64,000 bases of DNA from an uncultured Actinomycetota bacterium (GCA_964528815.1 CAZGTW010000001.1:753-64752); one strand, 5' to 3'; counted from the stretch's first letter, positions 50,404 to 60,328 are shown. Notes: generated by a model from the letters alone, not told the origin. Numbers and translations are program-made.

Positions 50404-50823
50404 ATGAAACTTTCAACCAGAAGCAGATACGGGACAAGGCTCGTTCTTGAGCTTGCAATTAAGTTTGAGGAAGGCCCCGTATATTTAAAAGATATAAGCA
50501 GATCGCAGGATATTTCCCTGAAATATCTGGGCCAGCTTGTAATACCTTTGAAACTTGCCGGGATAATTAATTCATCAAGGGGTGCCCATGGCGGATATTT
50601 TCTGGCAAAGGATCCCGAAACAATAAAGCTCAGTGAAATAATAGATATCCTTGAAGGCCCCATTGGCATAGTCGACTGTATAAATGATAATAATTCATGC
50701 CATAGATATAAAACATGTTCAGTAAGGTTTTTCTGGGAGGAAGTAAACAGCAATTTTTACAGGTCCCTTGAGGGAATAACTTTGAAGGATATGGTCAGGC
50801 ATTATAAGGCTCTTAATATTTAA
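50404..50823 (+). CDS. Rrf2-family transcriptional regulator, probably Fe-S cluster-binding (IscR/NsrR/RsrR-like)
   Basis: 139 aa; N-terminal wHTH (SRYGTRLVLELA...YLKDIS). Three Cys in the ligand region DCINDNNSCHRYKTCS (C-x6-C-x5-C). Confidence 0.85.
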   Translation: MKLSTRSRYGTRLVLELAIKFEEGPVYLKDISRSQDISLKYLGQLVIPLKLAGIINSSRGAHGGYFLAKDPETIKLSEIIDILEGPIGIVDCINDNNSCHRYKTCSVRFFWEEVNSNFYRSLEGITLKDMVRHYKALNI

Positions 50824-50904
50824 GGCACTATTTGATAATCGGCCCATCCTGGTCTTAAGGTTTTAATTAATTGCTATCCCGGAATTTCAGATTATAACTA
50901 TATA

Positions 50905-50934
50905 TTGACATTATATTTTAATAAGTATTAAAAT
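50905..50934 (+). promoter_or_regulatory. putative sigma-70 promoter for the CARDB-like/ABC operon
   Basis: TTGACA followed 15-18 nt later by TATTAAAAT, about 80 nt upstream of the 51015 start. Confidence 0.4.
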
Positions 50935-51014
50935 TCTTTAGTTGTTTACAAATTTGGTTTGAACACTATTTTCCAAAAAAACGGCAAAAATTACAGAAAG
51001 GAACTAAAAACAAG

Positions 51015-51929
51015 GTGGTAAAATTGAACAAGAAAGTAAAAGCACTGGTAATTTCAACAATTACATTTTTAATCATGTCAGTGGTGCTGATGATACCGGG
51101 TATTATTTCTGCAGAGGAAGCAACATCTTCAGACACAACTGCAGCAGAGACAACTGCTCCGGATATTGTTGAAAAAGTAACTTTTGATGTTATTTTTCCT
51201 GAGCTAAGTGCAAAAGCAGGCAATAATTTTGAATTCAAGTTTGACCTTTTGTATGAAGGAGACGAGGAAGCGACATTTGATATTGCTACTGAAGCACCCG
51301 AAGACTGGTATGTAGCAGTTTCGCCTTCATATGAAGAAAAAGAAGTAAGTGCAATAAAGATGGCTGCCGGTAAGAAGGAAAGCCTGAAAATACTGGCTTA
51401 TCCTCCATTAACAAAGGACCTCCAGAAAGCAGGAGACTTTAAAATCAAACTCATAGTCTCAAACGAGGATTTAAAAATATCAGAGTCTTATGAATTTACT
51501 GCAACTGTCACAGCTACCTATGATGCGTCTCTTTCAGCAAAATACGGGGTGCTCAATACACAGGCTACTTCAGGAAAAAATAATCCTTTTATGTTTGTAT
51601 TTGAAAACACCGGCTCAGGAGATATAGAAAATATAACATTTAAGGCAGATGCTCCACAGAAATGGATAGTAAAATTTGAACCTGAAAAAATAGACAAGAT
51701 GGCCGCTGGCGAGACAAAGGATATTAAGGTCACAATTACCCCTCCGGATAAGACTATTGCTGGAGATTATATGCTTAACTTTGCAGCAAACAGCAAGGAT
51801 GCATCTGACAATGTGGATATCAGAGTAACTGTAGAGACCCCGTCTGTATGGGGATGGATAGGCATAGCAATAATAGTAATAGTGGTAATAGGAGTTGCAG
51901 TTATATTTGCAAGATTAGGAAGAAGATAA
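51015..51929 (+). CDS. secreted/membrane-anchored CARDB/NEW3-like beta-sandwich repeat protein (COG1470-like)
   Basis: 304 aa. Signal peptide (LVISTITFLIMSVVLMIPGIISA) and C-terminal TM anchor plus RLGRR. Two ~100-aa repeats with F-ENTG-GDIENITFKADAP-W-VKFEP and TKDIKVTITPP. Confidence 0.7.
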   Translation: MVKLNKKVKALVISTITFLIMSVVLMIPGIISAEEATSSDTTAAETTAPDIVEKVTFDVIFPELSAKAGNNFEFKFDLLYEGDEEATFDIATEAPEDWYVAVSPSYEEKEVSAIKMAAGKKESLKILAYPPLTKDLQKAGDFKIKLIVSNEDLKISESYEFTATVTATYDASLSAKYGVLNTQATSGKNNPFMFVFENTGSGDIENITFKADAPQKWIVKFEPEKIDKMAAGETKDIKVTITPPDKTIAGDYMLNFAANSKDASDNVDIRVTVETPSVWGWIGIAIIVIVVIGVAVIFARLGRR

Positions 51930-51932
51930 AAC

Positions 51933-52880
51933 ATGAACAATGTGATTGACAAACCAATAATCATTGCTGAGAACCTGACAAAACAGTATGCTGCAAAGAC
52001 TGTTGTAAACAATCTTAACCTTACGGTAAGCGAAGGTGAGATATTCGGCCTTTTGGGCCCAAACGGCACAGGAAAGTCAACCATAATCCTAATGATGCTT
52101 GGCCTTACAGAACCAACAGCAGGTTCCATCAGTATAGACGGATTTAATTCCACAAAGGAGCCGATTAAGGTTAAAAGAATAACAGGTTACCTTCCCGAGA
52201 GGCTTGGTTTTTATGAGGATATGACTGCAAGGCAGAACCTTAAGTATACCGCGGACTTAAACAGCGTACCTGCAAAAGATATCGAGGCAAAAATTTCCGA
52301 GGTACTTGAGATAGTGGGCCTTGAAAAAAATAAAAACAGCCTTGTCCGTACCTTTTCAAAAGGCATGAAACAGCGTCTTGGCATAGCAGATGTACTTGTT
52401 AAAGATCCGAGGCTTGTTATACTTGATGAACCCACAGAAGGCCTTGATATAAAAATAGCCAATCAGATACTTGAAAACATACAGATTCTAAACAGGCAGA
52501 AAAATATTACATTTCTTATTTGCTCGCACCAGTTAAACCTTGTCCAGAGGATTTGCACGAGGATCGGGATAATGTCCAAAGGCAATCTTATTGGCGAGGG
52601 AAGAATAGACCACCTGGGAAGGGGCCTGTTCTCTGCCGGCAAGTACAGGATAGAGATTGAAGTTTCTGAGGCTCCCGCACAAATAATTGACAAAATAAAG
52701 GGCCTTGACAAGGTTTTATCAGTTGATAAAAAAGAAAATGTAATAGAGATTACTGCAGATGAAGATGTAAGGTCAGCAATATCAAAGCTTATCATTGATA
52801 ACAACCTTCTGCTGACAAGGATGAATATCAAGGATTCATCACTTGAAGATATATATTTGAAATATTTTAAAGAGGAGTAA
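51933..52880 (+). CDS. ABC transporter ATP-binding protein (ABC-2 subfamily) with C-terminal accessory domain
   Basis: 315 aa; Walker A GPNGTGKST; signature FSKGMKQRL; Walker B LVILDEPT. Confidence 0.9.
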   Translation: MNNVIDKPIIIAENLTKQYAAKTVVNNLNLTVSEGEIFGLLGPNGTGKSTIILMMLGLTEPTAGSISIDGFNSTKEPIKVKRITGYLPERLGFYEDMTARQNLKYTADLNSVPAKDIEAKISEVLEIVGLEKNKNSLVRTFSKGMKQRLGIADVLVKDPRLVILDEPTEGLDIKIANQILENIQILNRQKNITFLICSHQLNLVQRICTRIGIMSKGNLIGEGRIDHLGRGLFSAGKYRIEIEVSEAPAQIIDKIKGLDKVLSVDKKENVIEITADEDVRSAISKLIIDNNLLLTRMNIKDSSLEDIYLKYFKEE

Positions 52881-52881
52881 T

Positions 52882-53862
52882 ATGAAAGGCGCTTTAACAG
52901 TTTTCCGTAAAGAAATCGGCGATTACTTCGGCAGCAAGATTTTTATAATACTTCTTGCGCTTATTTATATTGCTGGACTGGGTTTTGCATACCTTTCCAT
53001 ACAGGCTATAAAGTCGGCTCCTATGAGTACTGACCAATCATTGCTGGTAAAAGTCTTTATTGATGAAATGTTTTTCCTGAAGTTGTTTACTGTAGGAGAG
53101 CTCAGGGCAATAATGACATTTAACTTTGTACGGTTCTTTGGTGCTTTTATACCTCTTATAGGTATATTGTTCGGCTTTAATGCAATAAACAGCGAAAGGA
53201 ACTCAGGTAACATAAGCAGGCTGCTTGCACAGCCAATATATCGTGACAGTCTTATAAACGGTAAATTTCTGGCAGGTATAACAACCCTTACAATAATGAT
53301 TTCAAGCATAGTATTCATTGTAATGGGTATCGGTCTCAGGGCAATCGGAGTTCCACCGTCTTCCGAAGAGATATTGAGAATACTTATATTCATATTTATC
53401 TGCATAATATACGGCATGTTCTGGATGAGCCTGTCTATGCTATTTTCAGTTCTCATGAAAAACGTTGCAGCTGCTATACTGACTGCTATTCCGATATGGC
53501 TCTTCCTTACATTTTTCTGGCCATATATAGCACCACAGCTTGCAAACCAGATTGTTCCTGTGCTTGATGGGGCCACACTTGCAACACAGTTAAAAAACCT
53601 GTCTCTTTCAGTTGACCTCATGAGGATATCTCCGTTTATATTGTTTTATGAAGCGACTGCAGCAATAGTGGACCCGACGCTCGGGCACCTGTCACTGGCA
53701 GTTTCTGACAGTGATCTGAGCAAGCTTATTGCAAATCCTTTATCCCTGAACCAGAGCTTCATACAGATATGGCCGCAATTGATTGTAATAATAATGCTTG
53801 CAATAATATGTTTTGCCGTATCATATATAATATTCATGAAACAGGAAATAAGATCTACATAG
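52882..53862 (+). CDS. ABC-2 family transporter permease
   Basis: 326 aa; six predicted TM segments; starts 1 nt after the ATPase stop. Confidence 0.8.
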   Translation: MKGALTVFRKEIGDYFGSKIFIILLALIYIAGLGFAYLSIQAIKSAPMSTDQSLLVKVFIDEMFFLKLFTVGELRAIMTFNFVRFFGAFIPLIGILFGFNAINSERNSGNISRLLAQPIYRDSLINGKFLAGITTLTIMISSIVFIVMGIGLRAIGVPPSSEEILRILIFIFICIIYGMFWMSLSMLFSVLMKNVAAAILTAIPIWLFLTFFWPYIAPQLANQIVPVLDGATLATQLKNLSLSVDLMRISPFILFYEATAAIVDPTLGHLSLAVSDSDLSKLIANPLSLNQSFIQIWPQLIVIIMLAIICFAVSYIIFMKQEIRST

Positions 53863-53920
53863 GAAAAAACTGTATAATATATTTGCTGTGTAAAAATATT
53901 AAACGGCTATTCAGATATAA

Positions 53921-53962
53921 CAAAAAACCCGGACTTTAAAACCCGGGTTTTTGTTTTTTTTC
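53921..53962. terminator. bidirectional intrinsic terminator between the ABC permease (+) and DUF211 gene (-)
   Basis: AAAACCCGG-ACUUUAAAAC-CCGGGUUUU hairpin flanked by A6 and T-rich runs on both sides. Confidence 0.7.
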
Positions 53963-53980
53963 TAATCCAGTACTGTTTAT

Positions 53981-54268
53981 TTAATCCTGCTGAGTCATAA
54001 CTTCTTCAATAAGATCTGTGCCTGCAGAAACCTTATCCATGCTGTGGATAGAGGCTCCATTCTGTATAATAACCCTTTCCACTTCTTCAAGTGAAATATT
54101 TTCACCTTCACAGGTTATTTTTACATTTTCAACTTTCTGGTCCATTTCTTTTAATGAAATGTCAACACCTGCAACACCTTCAAGATCGGCAAGCTGCGTC
54201 GCAAGGTCCACAAGGTTTGGCGAGTGGGGTTTTAATACATCCAGTACCAGTCTCCTGATTTTTGCCAA
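53981..54268 (-). CDS. DUF211-family small protein (archaeal-type)
   Basis: 95 aa; MAKIRRLVLDVLKPHSPNLVDLATQLADLEGVAGVDISL...VKITCEGENI resembles the DUF211 family. Confidence 0.6.
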   Translation of the reverse strand: MAKIRRLVLDVLKPHSPNLVDLATQLADLEGVAGVDISLKEMDQKVENVKITCEGENISLEEVERVIIQNGASIHSMDKVSAGTDLIEEVMTQQD

Positions 54269-54293
54269 TTTAAATCATCCTTTCCAGGAAAAA

Positions 54294-55253
54294 TTATATT
54301 TTATTTGCACGTAAAATACCAAGGCTTTTATCAAGATCAGGTGCAGGGCCGTCTTGGAGCTCGATTGCCTGGCCGGTAACAGGGTGAATAAAAGATAAAT
54401 ACCTTGCATGAAGAAATTGCCTTTTCAGTCCTGTTTTTTTTGCGATTGCTGCTGATTGGCTGTTTCCATAAAGGGTATCGCCAATAACAGGATGGTTTAT
54501 ATAACTCAGATGAACCCTTATCTGGTGCGTCCTTCCGGTTTTTGGATATGCATCAATAAGGGCGCAATCACCAAACCTTTCAATCACTTTAAAATCGGTC
54601 AGGGATTGCCTTCCGTTATCAATAGATATAGCCATTTTTTTCCTGTCGAGCCTTGACCTGCCGATGGGCAGATCTATATGTCCGCTTTCTTCAGAAAAAT
54701 CACCCAAAACAAGAACCGAATAAATCTTTACTATTTTGCGCTCCTTAAAAAGCGAAGATAGCCTGAATTGTGTTGCCGGGTCCTTTGCCACTAAAATAAT
54801 GCCTGAAGTGTCTTTGTCGAGCCTGTGGACAATGCCGGGCCTGATTGTTTTGCCGAAAGCTTCCTGTTTTTCTTTCAGGTAAAAAACAATAGCATTTGCA
54901 AGTGTACCAGTGCTGTTTCCTGCTGCAGGATGCACAGACATTCCAGCCTCTTTGGATATTGCAATAAAATAGCTGTCTTCATAGATTATTTTCAATTTTT
55001 TTTCAAGCGGTACGAGCTCTTCCGGTGGAAGCAATGCTTCAATATCGGGGATTTCAACTTTATCGTTTGGCCTTATCCTGTAATTCTTGGCAGCAGCGGC
55101 ACCGTTTACAAGAACAGACTTATTTTCAATTAGTTTTTGTATGTAGCTTCTTGAATATTGCGGCAGCTTCCGGACAATAAAACTATCCAGACGGGAATCT
55201 GTATCAAATTCTCCTGCCGGTAAAGATAGTATCTTATTTTTTTTCTGCATCAA
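54294..55253 (-). CDS. rluD: RluA/RluD-family 23S rRNA pseudouridine synthase
   Basis: 319 aa; S4 domain; HRLDKDTSG catalytic Asp motif. Confidence 0.9.
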   Translation of the reverse strand: MMQKKNKILSLPAGEFDTDSRLDSFIVRKLPQYSRSYIQKLIENKSVLVNGAAAAKNYRIRPNDKVEIPDIEALLPPEELVPLEKKLKIIYEDSYFIAISKEAGMSVHPAAGNSTGTLANAIVFYLKEKQEAFGKTIRPGIVHRLDKDTSGIILVAKDPATQFRLSSLFKERKIVKIYSVLVLGDFSEESGHIDLPIGRSRLDRKKMAISIDNGRQSLTDFKVIERFGDCALIDAYPKTGRTHQIRVHLSYINHPVIGDTLYGNSQSAAIAKKTGLKRQFLHARYLSFIHPVTGQAIELQDGPAPDLDKSLGILRANKI

Positions 55254-55743
55254 TTTCTTTTGCCGGATCCTTTTTAAAAAAGGTCCTTATAATGATTATC
55301 AGCATAATCCCGAATCCTATTACAATAAAGCTGTCAGCAACATTAAATACAGCAAAATATTCCAGATGCAGGTAGTCAGTTACCTGGCCGGCAAATAAAA
55401 TCCTGTCAATAAGGTTTCCTGCTGCGCCGCCAAGAATAAACCCAAGACCAAGATTATAAAAAACCGAAGGGAGATTAAGTTTTATCTTAAGGACTATAAT
55501 GAGTATTATTGCAACAATTGAAATTGCAATAAAGATTTTCGTCTTATCCTGGAACAAGCCAAAAGCTGCTCCTGTATTTGTCACCCTTGAAATATAAAAA
55601 ATATTTGGAATTATCTCTACAGGAAATACCTCCTCCGGCTGAATATTCACAATATATTTTGTAACCTGGTCAAGTGCAAGAACAAGAGCTGCACTTATTG
55701 CAAATATTACATTAAGCGGGCCTTTTGATAATTGTTTAACCAT
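55234..55743 (-). CDS. lspA: lipoprotein signal peptidase (signal peptidase II)
   Basis: 169 aa; 4 TM segments; NTGAAFG and FNVADS motifs. Confidence 0.9.
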   Translation of the reverse strand: MVKQLSKGPLNVIFAISAALVLALDQVTKYIVNIQPEEVFPVEIIPNIFYISRVTNTGAAFGLFQDKTKIFIAISIVAIILIIVLKIKLNLPSVFYNLGLGFILGGAAGNLIDRILFAGQVTDYLHLEYFAVFNVADSFIVIGFGIMLIIIIRTFFKKDPAKEIDAEKK

Positions 55744-58700
55744 TGGTGATTATGCTCCCTGTAACACGGATGCCGACTTTTACATCCTCTTCATTTACTT
55801 TTATTTCTTTAATAAACATATCGTCCGAAAATTCTTTCCCGAGCCGGCCGGTAAGAGTTTCCTTTTTTATATAATCACTGAATTTATTGATTATTTCCCA
55901 AACTCCGGCACCGCACTCAAAAGATGCCTGTATTGTATTTTCTATCTTAAAATCCGCCTCTTTTCTCATGTTCTGGACCTGATGGACCAGCTCTCTGCAG
56001 AACCCTTCTTCTTTAAGCTCAGCAGTCATTTCCATGCTTATTCCAACAGTATATTCACCGTCACTTTCTGCACCAATGTTTTCATGGCTTGTGATTTCAA
56101 CAATTATTTCTTCAGGGAGCAGCTCTATCTGGCGGCCGTTAACAGAGACGGTGACATTTTTTCCATTTCTGACTTTAACTGCGACCTGTACAGGATTTTC
56201 TGCCTGCAGAGCTTTCTTTATTTCCGGCAGCATTGACCCGTATTTCGGGCCGAGGAATTTAAGGTTTGGCTTTATATTATAAAGGACAATACTTTCCAGC
56301 CTGTCAATAAGCTCCATTTCTTTTATATTAAGTTCCTCAAGTATTACATCCCTGAAATGAAGGCATGCTTCTTTTTTCTTTGGGTCACTGTCAAAATATA
56401 TCTTCAGGCTGGCAAGAGGCTGCCTTGTTTTTATATTTATTCTGCTTCGTACTGCTCTCCCGAGTCCTATTATCTTTCTTATTGCATTCATTTTAAAACT
56501 TAAGTCTTCATCAATAAGTGTATTATCACAAACAGGATAATCTTCCAGATGCACACTTTCTTTGCAGTTATGCGACCCGTTTGTCAGGTTTAAATACATC
56601 TCATCACTGATAAAAGGTATAAAAGGTGCAGCAAGTTTTGTAACAGTCAAGAGGCATTCATATAATGTCTTATACGCGCTGATTTTTTCATTATCATTTT
56701 CACTTTTCCAGAATCTTCTCCTGCTTCTCCTTACATACCAGTTGGACAGGTCATCAACAAATGCCTCGATAAGCCTTCCACTGTCAGTTACATTGAAATC
56801 ATCAAGAAGTGCTGTGACTTTTACTGTGGTCCTGTTAAGCTCAGATATTATCCATCTGTCTATTTCTGTCCTGTCTTTTACTTCCAGATGACATTTTCCG
56901 GGATCGAATTCATCAATATTTGCATAAATTACAAAAAATGAGTAAGTGTTCCATAGTGTCAGAAGAAATTTTCTAATTACTTCGTCAATAGATTTTATTG
57001 AGAAATTTTTTGCATTCCATGGAGACACTACTGTAAAAAAGTACCATCTGAGGGCATCGGCCCCCTGTTTATTAAGAATGTCCCATGGCTTGACTACATT
57101 TCCTTTTGACTTACTCATTTTCTGGCCATTTTCATCATTTATTAGTCCCAGGCATAAAACATTCTTATAAGATGATTTACCATACAATAATGCGGAAATA
57201 GTCAGCATGGTATAAAACCAGCCCCTGGTCTGGTCTATTGCTTCACAAATAAAATCAGCAGGATAGTTTTGTTTAAATAATTCAACATTTTCAAAAGGAT
57301 AATGATACTGTGCAAATGGCATGGAGCCTGAGTCAAACCATACATCAATTACTTCAGTGGTCCTCTGCATATCTTCACCGCAAACGCTGCATTTTAATTT
57401 TACCCTGTCTACATATGGCTTGTGCAGGTCAATCTCTTCAGGTACATCAATACCCTTTTCATACAGTTCTTTTATGCTGCCAATACATGCCTTGTGGCCG
57501 TTTTTGCATAACCATATCGGCAGTGGCGTTCCCCAGTATCTTTCCCTGGTTAGTGCCCAGTCTACATTGTTTTCCAGCCAGTTCCCGAATCTTCCATATT
57601 TTATGTGCTCAGGATACCAGTTGACTTTTTCGTTTGCATCAAGAAGTTGCTGTTTTGCCTGTGAGGTATTTATATACCAGCTTTTTTTTGCATAATAAAT
57701 CAGTTTCTTTTCACATCTCCAGCAAAAAGGATATGAGTGCTCAAACTTCCATACTTTAAATAACAGTGCCCTGGTTTTAAGGTCCTTTATGATTTCCGGG
57801 TTTCCTTCTTCAATACTCATTGAGCCAAAACCATCAACCTCAGGTTTAAACTTGCCTTCTTCATCGACCATTTGTACAACAGGCAGGTTATTGGCTTTAC
57901 CGACTTTCATGTCATCTTCTCCAAAAGCAGGAGCAATATGAACTATACCTGTCCCTTCCTGGGTTGAGACAAAGTCACCCTCTACTATCCTGAAAGCAAT
58001 GGTGCTGTCTGTATTTTTGTATACAGGCATATAAGTCAAGCCGTTTAATTTTGAACCTTTAAATTTTTTGCCTATTTCATAGCCGGTTAAACCTGAAAAC
58101 ACATTTTCAATGAGGTCCTCACATAAAATATATGTTCTGCCTTCATATAATACTTCTGCATATACTGCATCCGGATTAACAGCACATGCAACATTTGAAA
58201 TAAGGGTCCATGGAGTAGTTGTCCATACCAGGAAAAAAGTTTCTGGTTCTTCTGCAAGAGGAAATCTTACAATAATGGAATAATCCTCGACATCTTTATA
58301 CCCCTGTGCGACTTCATGTGAGGAAAGAGCAGTACCGCACCTCGGGCAATAAGGTACTATTTTGTGGCCTTCATAGAGAAGGTCTTTGTCCCACAATGTT
58401 TTAAGTATCCACCAGATTGTTTCTATGTACTCGTTTTTAAAAGTGAAATATGCATTTTCCATGTCGAGCCAGAAACCTATTCTTTCTGTCATCTTCTTCC
58501 ACTCGACCTCATATTTCATTACGCTTTCCCTGCAAAGCTTATTGAATTTTTCAATGCCTATTTTTTCTATTTCCTTTTTTGAGTTTATACCAAGTTTTTT
58601 TTCTATTTCCAGCTCAACAGGCAATCCGTGTGTGTCCCAGCCGGCTTTCCTGTTTACAAAAAAGCCTTTCATAGTCTTATACCTTGGGAAAATATCCTTA

Positions 58701-58891
58701 AATACCCTTGAAAGAACATGGTGCACACCGGGTTCCCCGTTTGCGGTCGGAGGTCCTTCATAAAACACGAACCTGTCCCCGTTTTTTGTCTTATCAAGGG
58801 TTTTTTCAAATATGCCATTTTTTTGCCAGTATTGAAGTATGCCCTCTTCCAGCTTTACAAGGTTTACATTGCTGTCAACTTTTTTAAACAT
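55736..58891 (-). CDS. ileS: isoleucyl-tRNA synthetase, long type-2 (eukaryote-like) form
   Basis: 1051 aa. HHVLSRVFKD (HIGH-like) and KMSKS. WFDSGSMPFAQYHYPFEN and the long C-terminal extension are typical of the IleS2 class. Confidence 0.9.
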   Translation of the reverse strand: MFKKVDSNVNLVKLEEGILQYWQKNGIFEKTLDKTKNGDRFVFYEGPPTANGEPGVHHVLSRVFKDIFPRYKTMKGFFVNRKAGWDTHGLPVELEIEKKLGINSKKEIEKIGIEKFNKLCRESVMKYEVEWKKMTERIGFWLDMENAYFTFKNEYIETIWWILKTLWDKDLLYEGHKIVPYCPRCGTALSSHEVAQGYKDVEDYSIIVRFPLAEEPETFFLVWTTTPWTLISNVACAVNPDAVYAEVLYEGRTYILCEDLIENVFSGLTGYEIGKKFKGSKLNGLTYMPVYKNTDSTIAFRIVEGDFVSTQEGTGIVHIAPAFGEDDMKVGKANNLPVVQMVDEEGKFKPEVDGFGSMSIEEGNPEIIKDLKTRALLFKVWKFEHSYPFCWRCEKKLIYYAKKSWYINTSQAKQQLLDANEKVNWYPEHIKYGRFGNWLENNVDWALTRERYWGTPLPIWLCKNGHKACIGSIKELYEKGIDVPEEIDLHKPYVDRVKLKCSVCGEDMQRTTEVIDVWFDSGSMPFAQYHYPFENVELFKQNYPADFICEAIDQTRGWFYTMLTISALLYGKSSYKNVLCLGLINDENGQKMSKSKGNVVKPWDILNKQGADALRWYFFTVVSPWNAKNFSIKSIDEVIRKFLLTLWNTYSFFVIYANIDEFDPGKCHLEVKDRTEIDRWIISELNRTTVKVTALLDDFNVTDSGRLIEAFVDDLSNWYVRRSRRRFWKSENDNEKISAYKTLYECLLTVTKLAAPFIPFISDEMYLNLTNGSHNCKESVHLEDYPVCDNTLIDEDLSFKMNAIRKIIGLGRAVRSRINIKTRQPLASLKIYFDSDPKKKEACLHFRDVILEELNIKEMELIDRLESIVLYNIKPNLKFLGPKYGSMLPEIKKALQAENPVQVAVKVRNGKNVTVSVNGRQIELLPEEIIVEITSHENIGAESDGEYTVGISMEMTAELKEEGFCRELVHQVQNMRKEADFKIENTIQASFECGAGVWEIINKFSDYIKKETLTGRLGKEFSDDMFIKEIKVNEEDVKVGIRVTGSIITNG

Positions 58892-58958
58892 CAGATATTA
58901 CTACCTCATTTTTTGCGAAAATTACAAAAAAATTACTAATAGATTTTATATAATTAGA

Positions 58959-59765
58959 TTAGATTTGTGAAGTGTAAATGTTTTCTGATTTGAGGATATC
59001 AAGAAACATAAGTGCGGACTTTGCCGCTTTTCCCTTATAATGATTATTAAAATAAATATATGTCTTATTTGATTTTTCAGTTATATTTTTCACACCTGGA
59101 ACCCACTCGGAAAGCTCCTCCTTTTTATACATATAATCGTATCTCTGGTATGCACTTTCATTTTGCCACCAGCAGGCGCTGTTTCTGCCATGGAACCTTA
59201 TATATCCGGTATCTGTTGTACAGATATCTGACTGCGGCAACAGCCCGGCCAGCGGAGGCTCATCTACATTGCAGAAACCTATGTTATAGTCATGCATTAA
59301 CTTCAGCACTTTCTCTTTCAGCCAGTATATGTTCCGGAATTCTGCACAGATATCAAATCCTGAAAAATTTTCGCCTATTGACGCAAGATATTCCATATTC
59401 TCATTACAATACCTGAAACTGTAAGGAAACTGAAACAGTATGCTTCCAAGCCTGCCGTTATCCTTTAAAGGCAATAATGTGTCCGTAAAATTCTTTACGT
59501 CTGAAATGTTATAGTTACGTTGATGCGTAAATATTTTATTTGCCTTAACCGAAAAAACAAAATCTTTTACATCTTTTGTTTTTTCACACATTCCAGAAAA
59601 TGTGGAGGCACCGGGGAAACAATAATAAGTAAAATTTATCTCTACAGTATTAAACAAAGTAGAATAATAACAAAGATAGTCTTTGCTTTCTGTTCCGGGT
59701 GGATAAAAATTACCTTTCCAGTCTTCATAGCTAAAGCCTGAAGTTCCGATATAGATCAGGTTCAC
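58959..59765 (-). CDS. DUF72 (UPF0759) family protein
   Basis: 268 aa; MNLIYIGTSGFSYEDWKGNFYP N-terminus characteristic of DUF72. Confidence 0.85.
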   Translation of the reverse strand: MNLIYIGTSGFSYEDWKGNFYPPGTESKDYLCYYSTLFNTVEINFTYYCFPGASTFSGMCEKTKDVKDFVFSVKANKIFTHQRNYNISDVKNFTDTLLPLKDNGRLGSILFQFPYSFRYCNENMEYLASIGENFSGFDICAEFRNIYWLKEKVLKLMHDYNIGFCNVDEPPLAGLLPQSDICTTDTGYIRFHGRNSACWWQNESAYQRYDYMYKKEELSEWVPGVKNITEKSNKTYIYFNNHYKGKAAKSALMFLDILKSENIYTSQI

Positions 59766-59795
59766 AGAGTTCCTTCTCTATCCTGGTAAAGACCC

Positions 59796-60122
59796 TTACA
59801 TAAATGCTGATACTTCTGACAAAATCTTTTCTTTAGGCATTGCCCCTATTATTTTTTTTGCTACCTGGCCGTCTTTAAATAATAAAAGCGTTGGTATGCT
59901 TGTAATTCCGTATTTTATGGCAATATCCCTGTTTTCATCGACATTTAACTTGCCGATACGAATCAAATCTTTTTTTTCTTCATGAAGTTTTTCAAGTTCC
60001 GGGGCTATCATCCTGCATGGACCGCACCAGACTGCCCAGAAATCAACAAGTATGGGTGCACCCGGTTTTGAGATTTCAGCATCAAAATTTGAATCATCAA
60101 GCTGCATTATACCTTCTGACAT
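59796..60122 (-). CDS. trxA: thioredoxin
   Basis: 108 aa; WAVWCGPCRMIAP active site. Confidence 0.93.
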   Translation of the reverse strand: MSEGIMQLDDSNFDAEISKPGAPILVDFWAVWCGPCRMIAPELEKLHEEKKDLIRIGKLNVDENRDIAIKYGITSIPTLLLFKDGQVAKKIIGAMPKEKILSEVSAFM

Positions 60123-60300
60123 TAAACTCGCTCCCTTGAATTGCTCATCTTTATATATTTCTCCCGGACACCCGGGGTTTAAATGATATTACCAGAGGCA
60201 CTATTTTTAGTCAATTGAAAAAGCCTCTTTAAAAAGCATTTTTATAAATAAAGCCTTTTTATTTTGAATGCCCAGGATAATAAAATTTTGAAATTAAGTG

Positions 60301-60328
60301 TTGATAAGTATTAAATTAATGTTATAAT
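60301..60328 (+). promoter_or_regulatory. near-consensus sigma-70 promoter upstream of the small Zn-ribbon ORF
   Basis: TTGATA, 16-nt spacer, TATAAT; ~115 nt upstream of the ATG at 60443. Confidence 0.5.

Noticed and set aside
50304-50753. 149-aa minus-strand ORF overlapping the Rrf2 gene
   Set aside because: The Rrf2 frame on the plus strand has a canonical wHTH and Cys triad; the antisense ORF has no features.
52965-53621. 218-aa minus-strand ORF
   Set aside because: Antisense to the ABC-2 permease, which is translationally coupled to the ATPase and has a clean TM profile.
58892-58958. Possible T-box leaders upstream of ileS or proS (1476-1507)
   Set aside because: The upstream gaps are only 67 nt and 32 nt, too short for a ~250-nt T-box riboswitch.
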